Of a DNA stretch of 64,000 bases, positions 34,501-47,428 are shown one piece after another. The position numbers and the translations under genes were made by a program. The DNA lies in the NCBI GenBank assembly GCA_030390025.1, contig JASTWF010000033.1, positions 1,800,001-1,864,000 of the forward strand. Direction: 5' to 3'. The notes under the pieces were generated by a model. It did no database searches and was not told the origin of the DNA. It saw nothing but the letters and a program-made list of their open reading frames with translations. This DNA comes from Squalus acanthias. Its lineage: Eukaryota. Each line of letters opens with the position of its first letter. Position 1 is the first letter of the stretch.

Positions 34501-37500
34501 TCAGGATCCTGCCAGGTGTGTATGGAGTTTCACAGTATATCAGGATCCTGCCAGGTGTGTATGGGGTTTCACAGTGTATCAGGATCCTGCCAGGAGTGTA
34601 TGGCGTTTCACAGTTGATCAGGATCCTGCCAGGTGTGTATGGGGTTTCACAGTGTATCGGGATCCTGCCAGGTGTGTATGGGGTTTCAGTGTATCAGGAT
34701 CCTGCCAGGAGTGTATGGGGTTTCACAGTTGATCAGGATCCTGCCAGGTGTGTATGGGTTTTCATTGTATCAGGAGCCTGCCAGGTGTGTATGGGGTTTC
34801 ACAGTGTATCAGGATCCTGCCAGGTGTGTATGGGGTTTCAGTGTATCAGGATCCTGCCAGGAGTGTATGGGGTTTCACAGTTGATCAGGATCCTGCCAGG
34901 TGTGTATGGGGTTTCATTGTATCAGGATCCTGCCAGGTGTGAATGGGGTTTAGGTGTATCAGGATCCTGCCAGGTGTGTATGGGGTTTCACAGTGTATCA
35001 GGGTCCTACCAGGTGAGTATTGGGTTTCACAGTGTATCAGGATCCTGCCAGGTGTGTATGGGGTTTCACAGTGTAACAGGGTCCTGCCTGGTGTGTTTGG
35101 GGTTTTACAGTGTATCAGGATCCTGCCAGGTGTGTATGGGGTTTCACAGTGTATCAGGATTCTGCCTGGTGTATATGGGGTTTCACAGTGTATCAGGATC
35201 CTGCCAGGTGTGTATGGGGTTTCACAGTGTATCAGGATCATGCCAGGTGTGTATGGGGTTTCATTGTGTATCAGAATCCTGCCAGGTGGATATGGGGTTT
35301 CACAGTGTATCAGGATCCTGCCAGGTGTGTATGGGGTTTCAGTGTATCAGGATCAAGTCAGGTGTGTAAGGGGTTTCTCATTGTATCAGGATCCTGCCAT
35401 GTGTGTATGGTGTGTCTCAGTGTATCAAGATCCTGTCAGGTGTGTTTGTGTTTTCAGTATATTCGGATCCTGTCAGGTGTGTATGGGGTTTTACAGTGTA
35501 TCAGGATCCTGCCAGGTGTGTATCGGGTTTCTCAGTGTATCAAGATCCTGTCAGGTTTGTATGGAGTTTCACAGTGTATCAGGATCCTGCCAGGTGTGTA
35601 TGGGGTTTCTCAGTGTATCAAGATCCTGTCAGGTGTGTATGGGTTTTCACAGTGTATCAGGATAGTGCCAGGTGTGTATGGGGTTTCAGTGTATCAGGAT
35701 CCTGCCAGGTGTGTATGGGGTTTCACAGTGCATCAGGATCCTTCCAGGTGTGTTTGGGGTTTCACAGTGTATCAGGAGCCTGCCAGGTGTGTATGGGGTT
35801 TCACAGTGTATCAGGAACCTGCCAGGTGTGTATGGGGTTTCACAGTGTATCAGGATCCTGCCAGATGTGTATGGGGTTTCACAGTGTATCAGGATCCTGC
35901 CAGGTGTGTATGGGGTTTCACAGTGTATCAGGATCCTGCCAGGTGTGTATGGGGTTTCACAGTGTATCAGGATCCTGCCAGGTGTTTATGGGTATTCACA
36001 GTGTATCAGGATCCTGCCAGGTGTGTATGGGGTTTCACAGTGTATCAGGATCCTGCTAGGTGTGTATAGGGTTTCACAGTGAATCAGGATCCTGCCACGG
36101 TGTGAATGGGGTATCAGTGTATCAGGATCCTGCCAGGTGTGTATGGAGTTTCACAGTATATCAGGATCCTGCCAGGTGTGTATGGGGTTTCACAGTGTAT
36201 CAGGATCCTGCCAGGAGTGTATGGCGTTTCACAGTTGATCAGGATCCTGCCAGGTGTGTATGGGGTTTCACAGTGTATCAGGATCCTGCCAGGTGTGTAT
36301 GGGGTTTCAGTGTATCAGGATCCTGCCAGGAGTGTATGGGGTTTCACAGTTGATCAGGATCCTGCCAGGTGTGTATGGGTTTTCATTGTATCAGGAGCCT
36401 GCCAGGTGTGTATGGGGTTTCACAGTGTATCGGGATCCTGCCAGGTGTGTATGGGGTTTCAGTGTATCAGGATCCTGCCAGGAGTGTATGGGGTTTCACA
36501 GTTGATCAGGATCCTGCCAGGTGTGTATGGGGTTTCATTGTATCAGGATCCTGCCAGGTGTGAATGGGGTTTAGGTGTATCAGGATCCTGCCAGGTGTGT
36601 ATGGGGTTTCACAGTGTATCAGGGTCCTACCAGGTGAGTATTGGGTTTCACAGTGTATCAGGATCCTGCCAGGTGTGTATGGGGTTTCACAGTGTAACAG
36701 GGTCCTGCCTGGTGTGTTTGGGGTTTTACAGTGTATCAGGATCCTGCCAGGTGTGTATGGGGTTTCACAGTGTATCAGGATCCTGCCTGGTGTATATGGG
36801 GTTTCACAGTGTATCAGGATCCTGCCAGGTGTGTATGGGGTTTCACAGTGTATCAGGATCATGCCAGGTGTGTATGGGGTTTCATTGTGTATCAGAATCC
36901 TGCCAGGTGGATATGGGGTTTCACAGTGTATCAGGATCCTGCCAGGTGTGTATGGGGTTTCAGTGTATCAGGATCAAGTCAGGTGTGTAAGGGGTTTCTC
37001 ATTGTATCAGGAGCCTGCCATGTGTGTATGGTGTGTCTCAGTGTATCAAGATCCTGTCAGGTGTGTTTGTGTTTTCAGTATATTCGGATCCTGTCAGGTG
37101 TGTATGGGGTTTTACAGTGTATCAGGATCCTGCCAGGTGTGTATCGGGTTTCTCAGTGTATCAAGATCCTGTCAGGTTTGTATGGAGTTTCACAGTGTAT
37201 CAGGATCCTGCCAGGTGTGTATGGGGTTTCTCAGTGTATCAAGATCCTGTCAGGTGTGTATGGGTTTTCACAGTGTATCAGGATAGTGCCAGGTGTGTAT
37301 GGGGTTTCAGTGTATCAGGATCCTGCCAGGTGTGTATGGGGTTTCACAGTGCATCAGGATCCTTCCAGGTGTGTTTGGGGTTTCACAGTGTATCAGGAGC
37401 CTGCCAGGTGTGTATGGGGTTTCACAGTGTATCAGGAACCTGCCAGGTGTGTATGGGGTTTCACAGTGTATCAGGATCCTGCCAGATGTGTATGGGGTTT

Positions 37501-39406
37501 CACAGTGTATCAGGATCCTGCCAGGTGTGTATGGGGTTTCACAGTGTATCAGGATCCTGCCAGGTGTGTATGGGGTTTCACAGTGTATCGGGATCCTGCC
37601 AGGTGTTTAGTGTAATTCACAGTGTATCAGGATCCTGCCTGGTGTGTATGGGGTTTCACAGTGTATCAGCATCCTGCTAGGTGTGTATAGGGTTTCACAG
37701 TGAATCAGGATCCTGCCACGTGTGAATGGGGTATCAGTGTATCAGTATCCTGCCAGGTGTGTATGGAGTTTCACAGTATATCAGGATCCTGCCAGGTGTG
37801 TATGGGGTTTCACAGTGTATCAGGATCCTGCCAGGAGTGTATGGCGTTTCACAGTTGATCAGGATCCTGCCAGGTGTGTATGGGGTTTCACAGTGTATCG
37901 GGATCCTGCCAGGTGTGTATGGGGTTTCAGTGTATCAGGATCCTGCCAGGAGTGTATGGGGTTTCACAGTTGATCAGGATCCTGCCAGGTGTGTATGGGT
38001 TTTCATTGTATCAGGAGCCTGCCAGGAGTGTATGGGGTTTCACAGTGTATCAGGATCCTGCCAGGTGTGTATGTGGTTTCATTGTGTATCAGGATCCTGT
38101 CAGGTGTGAATGTGAATTAACAATGTATCAGGATCCTGCCATGAGTGTATGGGGTTTCACAGTTGATCAGGATCCTGCCAGGTGTGTATGGGGTTTCACA
38201 GTGTATCGGGATCCTGCCAGGTGTGTATGGGGTTTCACAGTGTATCAGGGTCCTACCAGGTGAGTATTGGGTTTCACAGTGTATCAGGATCCTGCCAGGT
38301 GTGTATGGGGTTTCACAGTGTAACAGGGTCCTGCCTGGTGTGTTTGGGGTTTTACAGTGTATCAGGATCCTGCCAGGTGTGTATGGGGTTTCACAGTGTA
38401 TCAGGATCCTGCCTGGTGTATATGGGGTTTCACAGTGTATCAGGATCCTGCCAGGTGTGTATGGGGTTTCACAGTGTATCAGGATCATGCCAGGTGTGTA
38501 TGGGGTTTCATTGTGTATCAGGATCCTGCCAGGTGTGTATGGGGTTTCACAGTGTATCAGGATCCTGCCAGGTGTGTATGGGGTTTCAGTGTATCAGGAT
38601 CCAGTCAGGTGTGTATGGGGTTTCTCAGTGTATCAGGATCCTGCCATGTGTGTATGGTGTGTCTCAGTGTATCAAGATCCTGTCAGGTGTGTTTGTGTTT
38701 TCAGTGTATTCGGATCCTGTCAGGTGTGTATGGGGTTTTACAGTGTATCAGGATCCTGCCAGGTGTGTATCGGGTTTCTCAGTGTATCAAGATCCTGTCA
38801 GGTTTGTATGGAGTTTCACAGTGTATCAGGATCCTGCCAGGTGTGTATGGGGTTTCACAGTGTATCAGGATCCTGACAGGTGTGTATGGGGTTTCTCAGT
38901 GTATCAAGATCCTGTCAGGTGTGTATGGAGTTTCACAGTGTACCAGGATCCTGCCAGGTGTGTATGGTGTTTCACAGTGTATCAGGATCCTGCCAGGTGT
39001 GTATGGGGTTTCTCAGTGTATCAAGATCCTGTCAGGTGTGTATGGGTTTTCACAGTGTATCAGGATAGTGCCAGGTGTGTATGGGGTTTCAGTGTATCAG
39101 GATCCTGCCAGGTGTGTATGGGGTTTCACAGTGCATCAGGATCCTTCCAGGTGTGTTTGGGGTTTCACAGTGTATCAGGAGCCTGCCAGGTGTGTATGGG
39201 GTTTCACAGTGTATCAGGAACCTGCCAGGTGTGTATGGGGTTTCACAGGTATCAGGATCCTGCCAGATGTGTATGGGGTTTCACAGTGTATCAGGATCCT
39301 GCCAGGTGTGTATGGGGTTTCACAGTGTATCAGGATCCTGCCAGGTGTGTATGGGGTTTCACAGTGTATCGGGATCCTGCCATGTGTGTATGGGGTTTAT
39401 CAGTGT
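25539..39406. repeat. 39-bp satellite CACAGTGTATCAGGATCCTGCCAGGTGTGTATGGGGTTT (roughly 340 copies, with 37-bp variants); ends at the gap
   Basis: 13-codon periodicity (SQCIRILPGVYGV). Most monomers carry the palindrome CAGGATCCTG (BamHI site). Confidence 0.98.
26271..26709 (-). mobile_element. Full-length tRNA-derived V-SINE (HE1-type) with CR1-derived 3' tail
   Basis: A box TGGCATAGTGG (26698-26688), B box GGTTCGAATC (26654-26645), V-domain TGTGGAGTTTGCACATTCTCCCCGTGTCTGCGTGGGTTTCCTCCGGGTGCTCCGGTTTCCTCCCACA, CR1-like 3' end and (CTATGTTT)n tail. Confidence 0.92.
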
Positions 39407-39606
39407 NNNNNNNNNNNNNNNNNNNNNNNNNNNNNNNNNNNNNNNNNNNNNNNNNNNNNNNNNNNNNNNNNNNNNNNNNNNNNNNNNNNNNNNNNNNNNN
39501 NNNNNNNNNNNNNNNNNNNNNNNNNNNNNNNNNNNNNNNNNNNNNNNNNNNNNNNNNNNNNNNNNNNNNNNNNNNNNNNNNNNNNNNNNNNNNNNNNNNN
39601 NNNNNN
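39407..39606. other. Assembly gap (200 N)
   Basis: Fixed-length N run between two different satellites; true distance and adjacency are unknown. Confidence 0.99.
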
Positions 39607-42600
39607 CCCTCAAACTAATACAGCCCCTCAAACTAATACAGCCCCTCAAACTAATACAGACCCTCAAACTAATACAGCCCCTCAAACTAATACAGCTCCT
39701 CAAACTAATAGAGACCCACAAACTAATACAGCTCCTCAAACTAATACAGACCCTCAAACTAATACAGACCCTCAAACTGATACAGACCCTCAAACTAATA
39801 CAGTACCTCAAACTAATACAGCCCCTCAAACTAATACAGACCCTCAAACTAATACAGTACCTCAAACTAATACAGACCCTCAAACTAATACAGATCCTCA
39901 AACTAATACAGCACCTGAAACTAATACAGCCCCTCAAGCTAATACAGCTCCTCAAACTAATACAGACCCTCAAACTAATACAGCCCCTCAAACTAATACA
40001 GAAGCTCAAACTAATACAGCCAATCAAACTAATACAGTACATCAAACTACTACAGCCCCTCAAACTAATACAGACCGACAAACTAATAGAAAACCTCATA
40101 CTAATACAGCCCCTCAAACTAATACAGACCCTCAAACTAACACAGCCCCTCAAACTAAAACAGTACCTCAAACTAATACAGCCCCTCAAACTAATACAGA
40201 CCCTCAAACTAATGCAGTACCTCAAACTCATACAGCTCCTCAAACTAATACAGCCCCTCAAACTAATACAGCCCCTCAAACTAATACAGCCCCTCAAACT
40301 AATACAGACCCTCAAACTAATACAGACCCTCAAACTAATACAGCCCCTCAAAATAATACAGACCCTCAAACTAATACAGATCCTCAAACTAATACAGTAC
40401 CTCAAACTAATACAGCACCTCAAACTAATACAGACCCTCAAACTAATACAGTACCTCAAACTAATACAGACCCTCAAACTAATACAGACCCTCAAACTAA
40501 TACAGCATCTCAAACTAATACAGTCCCTCAAACTAATACAGCTCCTCAAACTAATACAGACCCTCAAACTAAAACCGTACCTCAAACTAATACAGCCCCT
40601 CAAACTAATACAGCTCCTCCAACATATACAGTACATCAAACTAATACAGCTCCTCAAACTAATACAGCCCCTCAAACTAATACTGACCCACAAACTAATA
40701 CAGCCCCACAAACTAATACAGCCCCTCAAACTAATAGAGACCCTCAAACTAATACAGGCCCTCAAACTAATACAGCACCTCAAACTCATACAGCCCCTCA
40801 AACTAATACAGACGTTCAAACTAATTCAGCCCCTCAAACTAATACAGTACATCAAACTACTGCAGCCCCTCAAACTAATACAGACCGACAAACTAATAGA
40901 AAACCTCATACTAATACAGCTGCTCAAACTAATACAGACCCTCAAACTAATACAGTAGCTCAAACTAATACCCCCCTCAAACTAATACAGCTCCTCAAAC
41001 TAATACAGACCCTCAAACAAATACAGCACCTAAAACTAAGACAGGCCCTCAAACTAATACAGCTCCTCAAACTAATGCAGACCCTCAAAATAATACAGTA
41101 CCTCAAACTAATATAGCCCCTCAAACTAATACAGACCCTCAAACTAATACAGCTCCTCAAACTAATACAGCACCTCAAACTAATACAGCCCCTCAAACTA
41201 ATACAGCCCCTCAAACTATTACAGCCCCTCAAACTAATACAGCCCCTCAAACTAATACAGACTCTCAAACTAATACAGACCCTCAAACTATTACAGCCCC
41301 TCAAACTAATACAGCCCCTCAAACTAATACAGACTCTCAAAATAATACAGCCCCTCAAACTATTACAGATCGTCAAAATAATAAAAAACCTCAAACAAAT
41401 ACAGCTCCTCAAACTAATACAGATCCTCAAACTAATACAACTCCTCAAACTAATACAGCAGCTCAAACTAATACAACTCCTCAAACTAATACAGCCCCTC
41501 AAACTAAAACAGACCCTCAAACTAATACTGCCCCTCAAACTAATACAGCCCCTCAAACTAATACAGACCCCAAAACTAATACAGCCCCTCAAACTAATAC
41601 AGCCACTCAAACTAATTCAGCCCCTCAAACTAATACAGCCCCTCAAACAATTACAGCTCTTCAAACTAATAGAGACCCACAAACTAATACAGCTCCTCAA
41701 ACTAATACAGACCCTCAAACTAATACAGACCCTCAAAATAATAGAGCACCTCTAAGTAATACATCCTCTCAAATTAATACAGTACCTCAAACTAATACAG
41801 CTCCTCAAACTAATACAGACCCTCAAACTAATAAAGCCCCTCAAACTAATACAGACCCTCAAAATAATACAGCCCCTCAAACTAATACAGATCGTCAAAC
41901 TAATAGAAAACCACAAACTAAAACAGCTGCTCAAACTAATACAGTCCCTCAAACTAATACAGCCCCTCAAACTAATACATATCCTCAAACTAATACAACT
42001 CCTCAAACTAATAGAGCACCTCAAACTAATACATATCCTCAAACTAATACAACTCCTCAAACTAATACAGCCCCTCAAACTAATACAAATCCTCAAACTA
42101 ATACAGCCCCTCAAACTAATACAGACCGTCAAACAATTACAGCTCCTCAAACTAATACAGACCATCAAACTAATACAGCCCCTCAAACTAATACAGCCCC
42201 TCAAACTAATACAGTACCTCAAACTAATACAGACCCTCAGACTAATTCAGCACTTCAATCTAATACAGACCCTCAAACTAATACAGCCCCTCAAACTAAT
42301 ACAGTACCTCAAACTAATACAGAACTTCAAACTAATACAGCCCCTCAAACTAATACAGACCCTCAAACTAATTCAGCACCTCAATCTAATACAACACCTC
42401 AAAACTAATACAGCCCCTCAAACTAATACAGACCCTCAAACTAATAGAGCTCCTAAAACTAATACAGCACCTCAAACTAATACAGTACCTCAAACTAATA
42501 CAGACCGTCAAACGAATACAGACCCTCAAACTAAAACAGTACCTCAAACTAAAACAGCCCCTCAAACTAATACAGACCCTCAAACTAATACAGCCCCTCA

Positions 42601-45580
42601 AACTAATACAGACCCTCAAACTAATACAGACCCTCAAACTAATACAGTACCTCAAACTAATACAGCCCCTCAAACTAATACAGACCCTCAAACTAATGCA
42701 GTATCTCAAACTAATACAGCTCCTCAAACTAATACAGCCCCTCAAACTAATACAGCCCCTCAAACTAATACAGCCGCTCAAACTAATACAGACCCTCAAA
42801 GTAATAGAGCTCCTCAAACTAATACAGACACTCAAACTAAAACAGTACCTCAAACTAATACAGCCCCTCAAACTAATACAGACCCTCAAACTAATACAGC
42901 CTCTCAAACTAATACAGAACCTCAAACTAATACAGCCGCTCAAACTAATACAGTACCTCAAACTAATACAGCCCCTCAAACTAATACAGACCCTCAAACT
43001 AATACAGTACCTCAAACTAATACAGACCCTCAAACTAATACAGACCCTCAAACTAATACAGCACCTCAAACTAATACAGCCCCTCAAACTAATACAGACA
43101 CTCAAACTAATACAGACCCACAAACTAATACAGCCCCTCAAACTAATACAGACCCTCAAACTAATACAGACCCTCAAACTAATACAGACCCACAAACTAA
43201 TACGGCACCTCAAACTCATACAGCCCCTCAAACTAATACAGCCACTCAAACTAATACAGTACATCAAACTACTACAGCCCCTCAAACTAATACAGACCGA
43301 CAAACTAATAGAAAACCTCATACTAATACAGCCCCTCAAACTAATACAGACCCTCAAACTAATAGAGCTCCTCAAACTAATACAGACCCGCAAACTAATA
43401 CAGTACCTCAAAATAATACAGACCCTCAAACTAATACAGACCCTCAAACTAAAACAGTACCTCAAACTAATACAGCCCCTCAAACTAATACAGACCCTCA
43501 AACTAATACAGCCCCTCAAACTAATACAGATCCTCAAACTAATACAGACCCTCAAACTAATGCAGTACCTCAAACTAATACAGCCCCTCAAACTAATACA
43601 GACACTTAAACTAATGCAGTACCTCAAACTAATACAGCTCCTCAAACTGATACAGCCCCTCAAACTAATACAGCCCATCAAACTAATAAAGCCGCTCAAA
43701 CTAATACAGACCCTCAAAGTAATAGAGCTCCTCAAACTAATACAGCACCTCAAACTAATACAGACCATCAAACGAATACAGACCCTCAAACTAAAACAGT
43801 ACCTCAAACTAATACAGCCCCTCAAACTAATACAGACCCTCAAACTAATACAGCCCCTCAAACTAATACAGACCCTCAAACTAATACAGACCCTCAAACT
43901 AATACAGTACCTCAAACTAATACAGCCCCTCAAACTAATACAGACCCTCAAACTAATACAGTACCTCAAACTAATACAGACCCTCAAACTAATACAGACC
44001 CTCAAACTAATACAGCACCTGAAACTAATACAGCCCCTCAAGCTAATACAGCTCCTCAAACTAATACAGACCCTCAAACTAAAACAGTACCTCAAACTAA
44101 CACAGCCCCTCAAACTAATACAGACCCTCAAACTAATACAGCCCCTCAAACTAATAAAGAAGCTCAAACTAATACAGCCACTCAAACTAATACAGTACAT
44201 CAAACTACTGCAGCCCCTCATCTAATACAGACCCTCAAACTAACACAGCCCCTCAAACTAAAACAGTACCTCAAACTAATACAGCCCCTCAAACTAATAC
44301 AGACCCTCAAACTAATGCAGTACCTCAAACTCATACAGCTCCTCAAACTAATCCAGCCCCTCAAACTAATACAGCCCCTCAAACTAATACAGCCCCTCAA
44401 ACTAATACAGACCCTCAAACTAATACAAACCCTCAAACTAATACAGCCCCTCAAAATAATACAGACCCTCAAACTAATACAGATCCTCAAACTAATACAG
44501 TACCTCAAACTAATACAGCACCTCAAATTAATACAGACCCTCAAACTAATACAGTACCTCAAACTAATACAGACCCTCAAACTAATACAGACCCTCAAAC
44601 TAATACAGCACCTCAAACTAATACAGTCCCTCAAACTAATACAGCTCCTCAAACTAATACAGACCCTCAAACTAAAACCGTACCTCAAACTAATACAGCC
44701 CCTCAAACTAATACAGCTCCTCCAACTAATACAGTACATCAAACTAATACAGCTCCTCAAACTAATACAGCCCCTCAAACTAATACTGACCCACAAACTA
44801 ATACAGCCCCACAAACTAATACAGCCCCTCAAACTAATAAAGACCCTCAAACTAATACAGGCCCTCAAACTAATACAGCACCTCAAACTCATACAGCCCC
44901 TCAAACTAATACAGACGTTCAAACTAATTCAGCCCCTCAAACTAATACAGTACATCAAACTACTTCAGCCCCTCAAACTAATACAGACCGACAAACGAAT
45001 AGAAAACCTCATACTAATACAGCTGCTCAAACTAATACAGCCCCTCAAACTAATATAGCTCCTCAAACTAATGCAGCCCCTCAAACCAATACAGCCCCTC
45101 AAACTAATATAGCTCCTCAAACTAATACAGACCCTCAAACTAATACAGTAGCTCAAACTAATACCCCCCTCAAACTAATACAGCTCCTCAAACTAATACA
45201 GACCCTCAAACTAATACAGCACCTAAAACTAAGACAGGCCCTCAAACTAATACAGCTCCTCAAACTAATACAGACCCTCAAAATAATACAGTACCTCAAA
45301 CTAATACAGCCCCTCAAACTAATACAGCCCCTCAAACTAATACAGCTCCTCAACCTAATATAGTACATCAAACTAATACAGCCCCTCAAACTAATACAGA
45401 CCCTCAAACTAATACAGCCTCTCAAACTAATACAGACCGTAAAACTAATGCAGACCCTCAAACTAATACAGCCCCTCAAACTAATACAGCCCCTCAAACT
45501 ACTGCAGCCCCTCAAACTAATACAGTCCCTCAAACTAATACAGACCCTCAAACTAATACAGCCCCTCAAACTAATGCAGT
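39607..45580. repeat. 18-bp satellite CCTCAAACTAATACAG(CC/AC/TA/CT), left block
   Basis: 6-codon periodicity (PQTNTA / LKLIQP) with scattered 1-bp indels. Confidence 0.97.
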
Positions 45581-46485
45581 AAAAAGGGTTGTAGTCAGAA
45601 GTCTGGAAATTATAGACCTGTCAGCCTAACATCTGTGATGGGAAAAATTTTGTAGTCTATTATTAAGGTGACAATAACGGATAATTTAGAAAAGTTAGTA
45701 TGCAGGTGCAGCAGGTGATCAAGAAAGCCAATGGAATGTTGGCTTTTATTGCTAGGGGGATAGAATATAAAAATAGGTAGGTATTGCTGCAGTTGTGTTG
45801 GGTATTGTTGAGACCGCCCCTGGAGTACTGCATACTGTTTTGGTGTCCACACTTAAGAAAAGACACACTTGCTCTCGAGGCAGTACAAAGAAGGTTCACT
45901 CGGTTAATTCCGGGGATGAGGGGGTGGACATACGAGAAGATGCTGAGTAGATTGGGACTCTACTCATTGGAGTTCAGAAGAATGAGAGGCGATCTTATTG
46001 AAACATATAAGATTGTGAAGGGGCTTGATCGGGTGGACGCGGTGAGGATGTTCCCAATGATGGGTGAAACTACAACTGGGGGACATAATCTTAGAATAAG
46101 GGGCTCCTCTTTCAAAACTGAGATGAGGAGAAACTTTTTCACTCAGAGGGTAGTGGGTCTGTGGAATTTGCTACCCCAGGAAGCTGTGGAAGCTACTTCA
46201 TTAAATAAATTTAAAACAGAAATAGACCGTTTCCGAGAAGTAAAGGAAATCAGGGGTTACGGGGAGCGGGCTGGAAATTGGACATGAGTTTGTGTTCGGA
46301 TCAGTTAAGGCCCTGTGGGTGGCGGAGCTGGCCCAGGGGCCGAGTGGCCTGGTCCTGCTCCTGCTTCTTGTGTTCTTTAGAGTTGAGGTTGGATCAGATC
46401 AGCCATGATCTCATTGAATGGCGGAGCAGGTCGAGGGGCCGATTGGTCTACTCCTGCACCTATTTCTTATGTTCTTATGTTCTTA
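45581..46485 (+). mobile_element. CR1-clade LINE 3' fragment with internal deletion of the RT core, inserted in the 18-bp satellite
   Basis: KKG..GNYRPVSLTSVMGKIL*SII joined near 45692 to KVSMQVQQVIKKANGMLAFI..RPPLEYC..LEAVQRRFTRLIPG..RRMRGDLIETYKI..FFTQRVVGLWNLLP. 3' UTR ends in TTCTTATG repeats. Confidence 0.93.
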
Positions 46486-46487
46486 TT

Positions 46488-47195
46488 TACCTCAAACTAA
46501 TACAGTACCTCAAACTAATATGGTACCTCAAACTAATACAGCCCCTCAAACTAATACAGCCCCTCAAACTAATACAGCCCCTCAAACTAATACAGCCCCC
46601 CAAACTAATACAGACACTCAAACTAATACAGCTCCTCAAACTAATACAGACCCTCAAACTAATACAGCTGCTCAAACTAATACAGACACTCAAACTAATA
46701 GAGAACTTCAAACTAATACAGACGCTCAAACTAATAGAGAACCTGAAACTAATACAGCCCTTCAAACTAATACAGACCCTCAAACTAATACAGCCCCTCA
46801 AATTAATACAGCTCCTCAAACTAATACAGTACCTCAATCTAATACAGCCCCTCAAACTAATACAGCCCCTCAAACTAATACAGCCCCTCAAACGAATACA
46901 GTACCTCAAACTAATACAGCCCCTCAAACTAATACAGCCCCTCAAACTAATGCAGACCCTCAAACTAATACAGCCCCTCAAACTAATACAGTACCTCAAA
47001 CTAATACAGCCCCTCAAACAAATACAGCCCCTCAAACTAATACAGCCCCTCAAACTAATACAGCCCCTCAAACTAATACAGCTCCTCAAACTAATACAGC
47101 CCCTCAAACTAAGACAGCCCCTCAAACTAATACAGCCCCTCAAACTAATACAGCCCCTCAAACTAATACAGCTCCTCAAACTAATACAGTTCCTC
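46488..47195. repeat. 18-bp satellite, right block
   Basis: The same monomer resumes in register after the CR1 tail. Confidence 0.96.
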
Positions 47196-47428
47196 TAACT
47201 AGTAGACAGACCCACCCACCACCTTTCTGGTCCAAAGTCCTGTAATCTCCTGTTCCCACAAAGTCACAGTGCATGGGATATCCATTGCCAGACACCATGA
47301 GGTCGTTACCAGGCTAACAACTCATTGTACAGATTATTTGAACAGTTTAACAATGCGAATTCTAAATATAAATTTAAAAGTCTTGTGTTTATTTCTGTTA
47401 AGTTAGTAATGGTCTATTAAATAAAGGC

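Noticed and set aside
25539..39406. CRISPR array (37-39-bp repeats with an internal palindrome) or Cys-rich proteins
   Set aside because: Monomers are head-to-tail with no unique spacers, there are no cas genes, and the ORFs are repeat artefacts.
38182..41116. ORFs spanning the N gap, and direct adjacency of the 39-bp and 18-bp arrays
   Set aside because: Artefact of translating through 200 Ns; real adjacency is unverified.
39607..47195. Mucin- or antifreeze-like (PQTNTA)n coding exon
   Set aside because: Repeated 1-bp frameshifts (e.g. ~40970, ~42400, ~44220), a CR1 insertion, and no signal peptide or credible exon boundaries.
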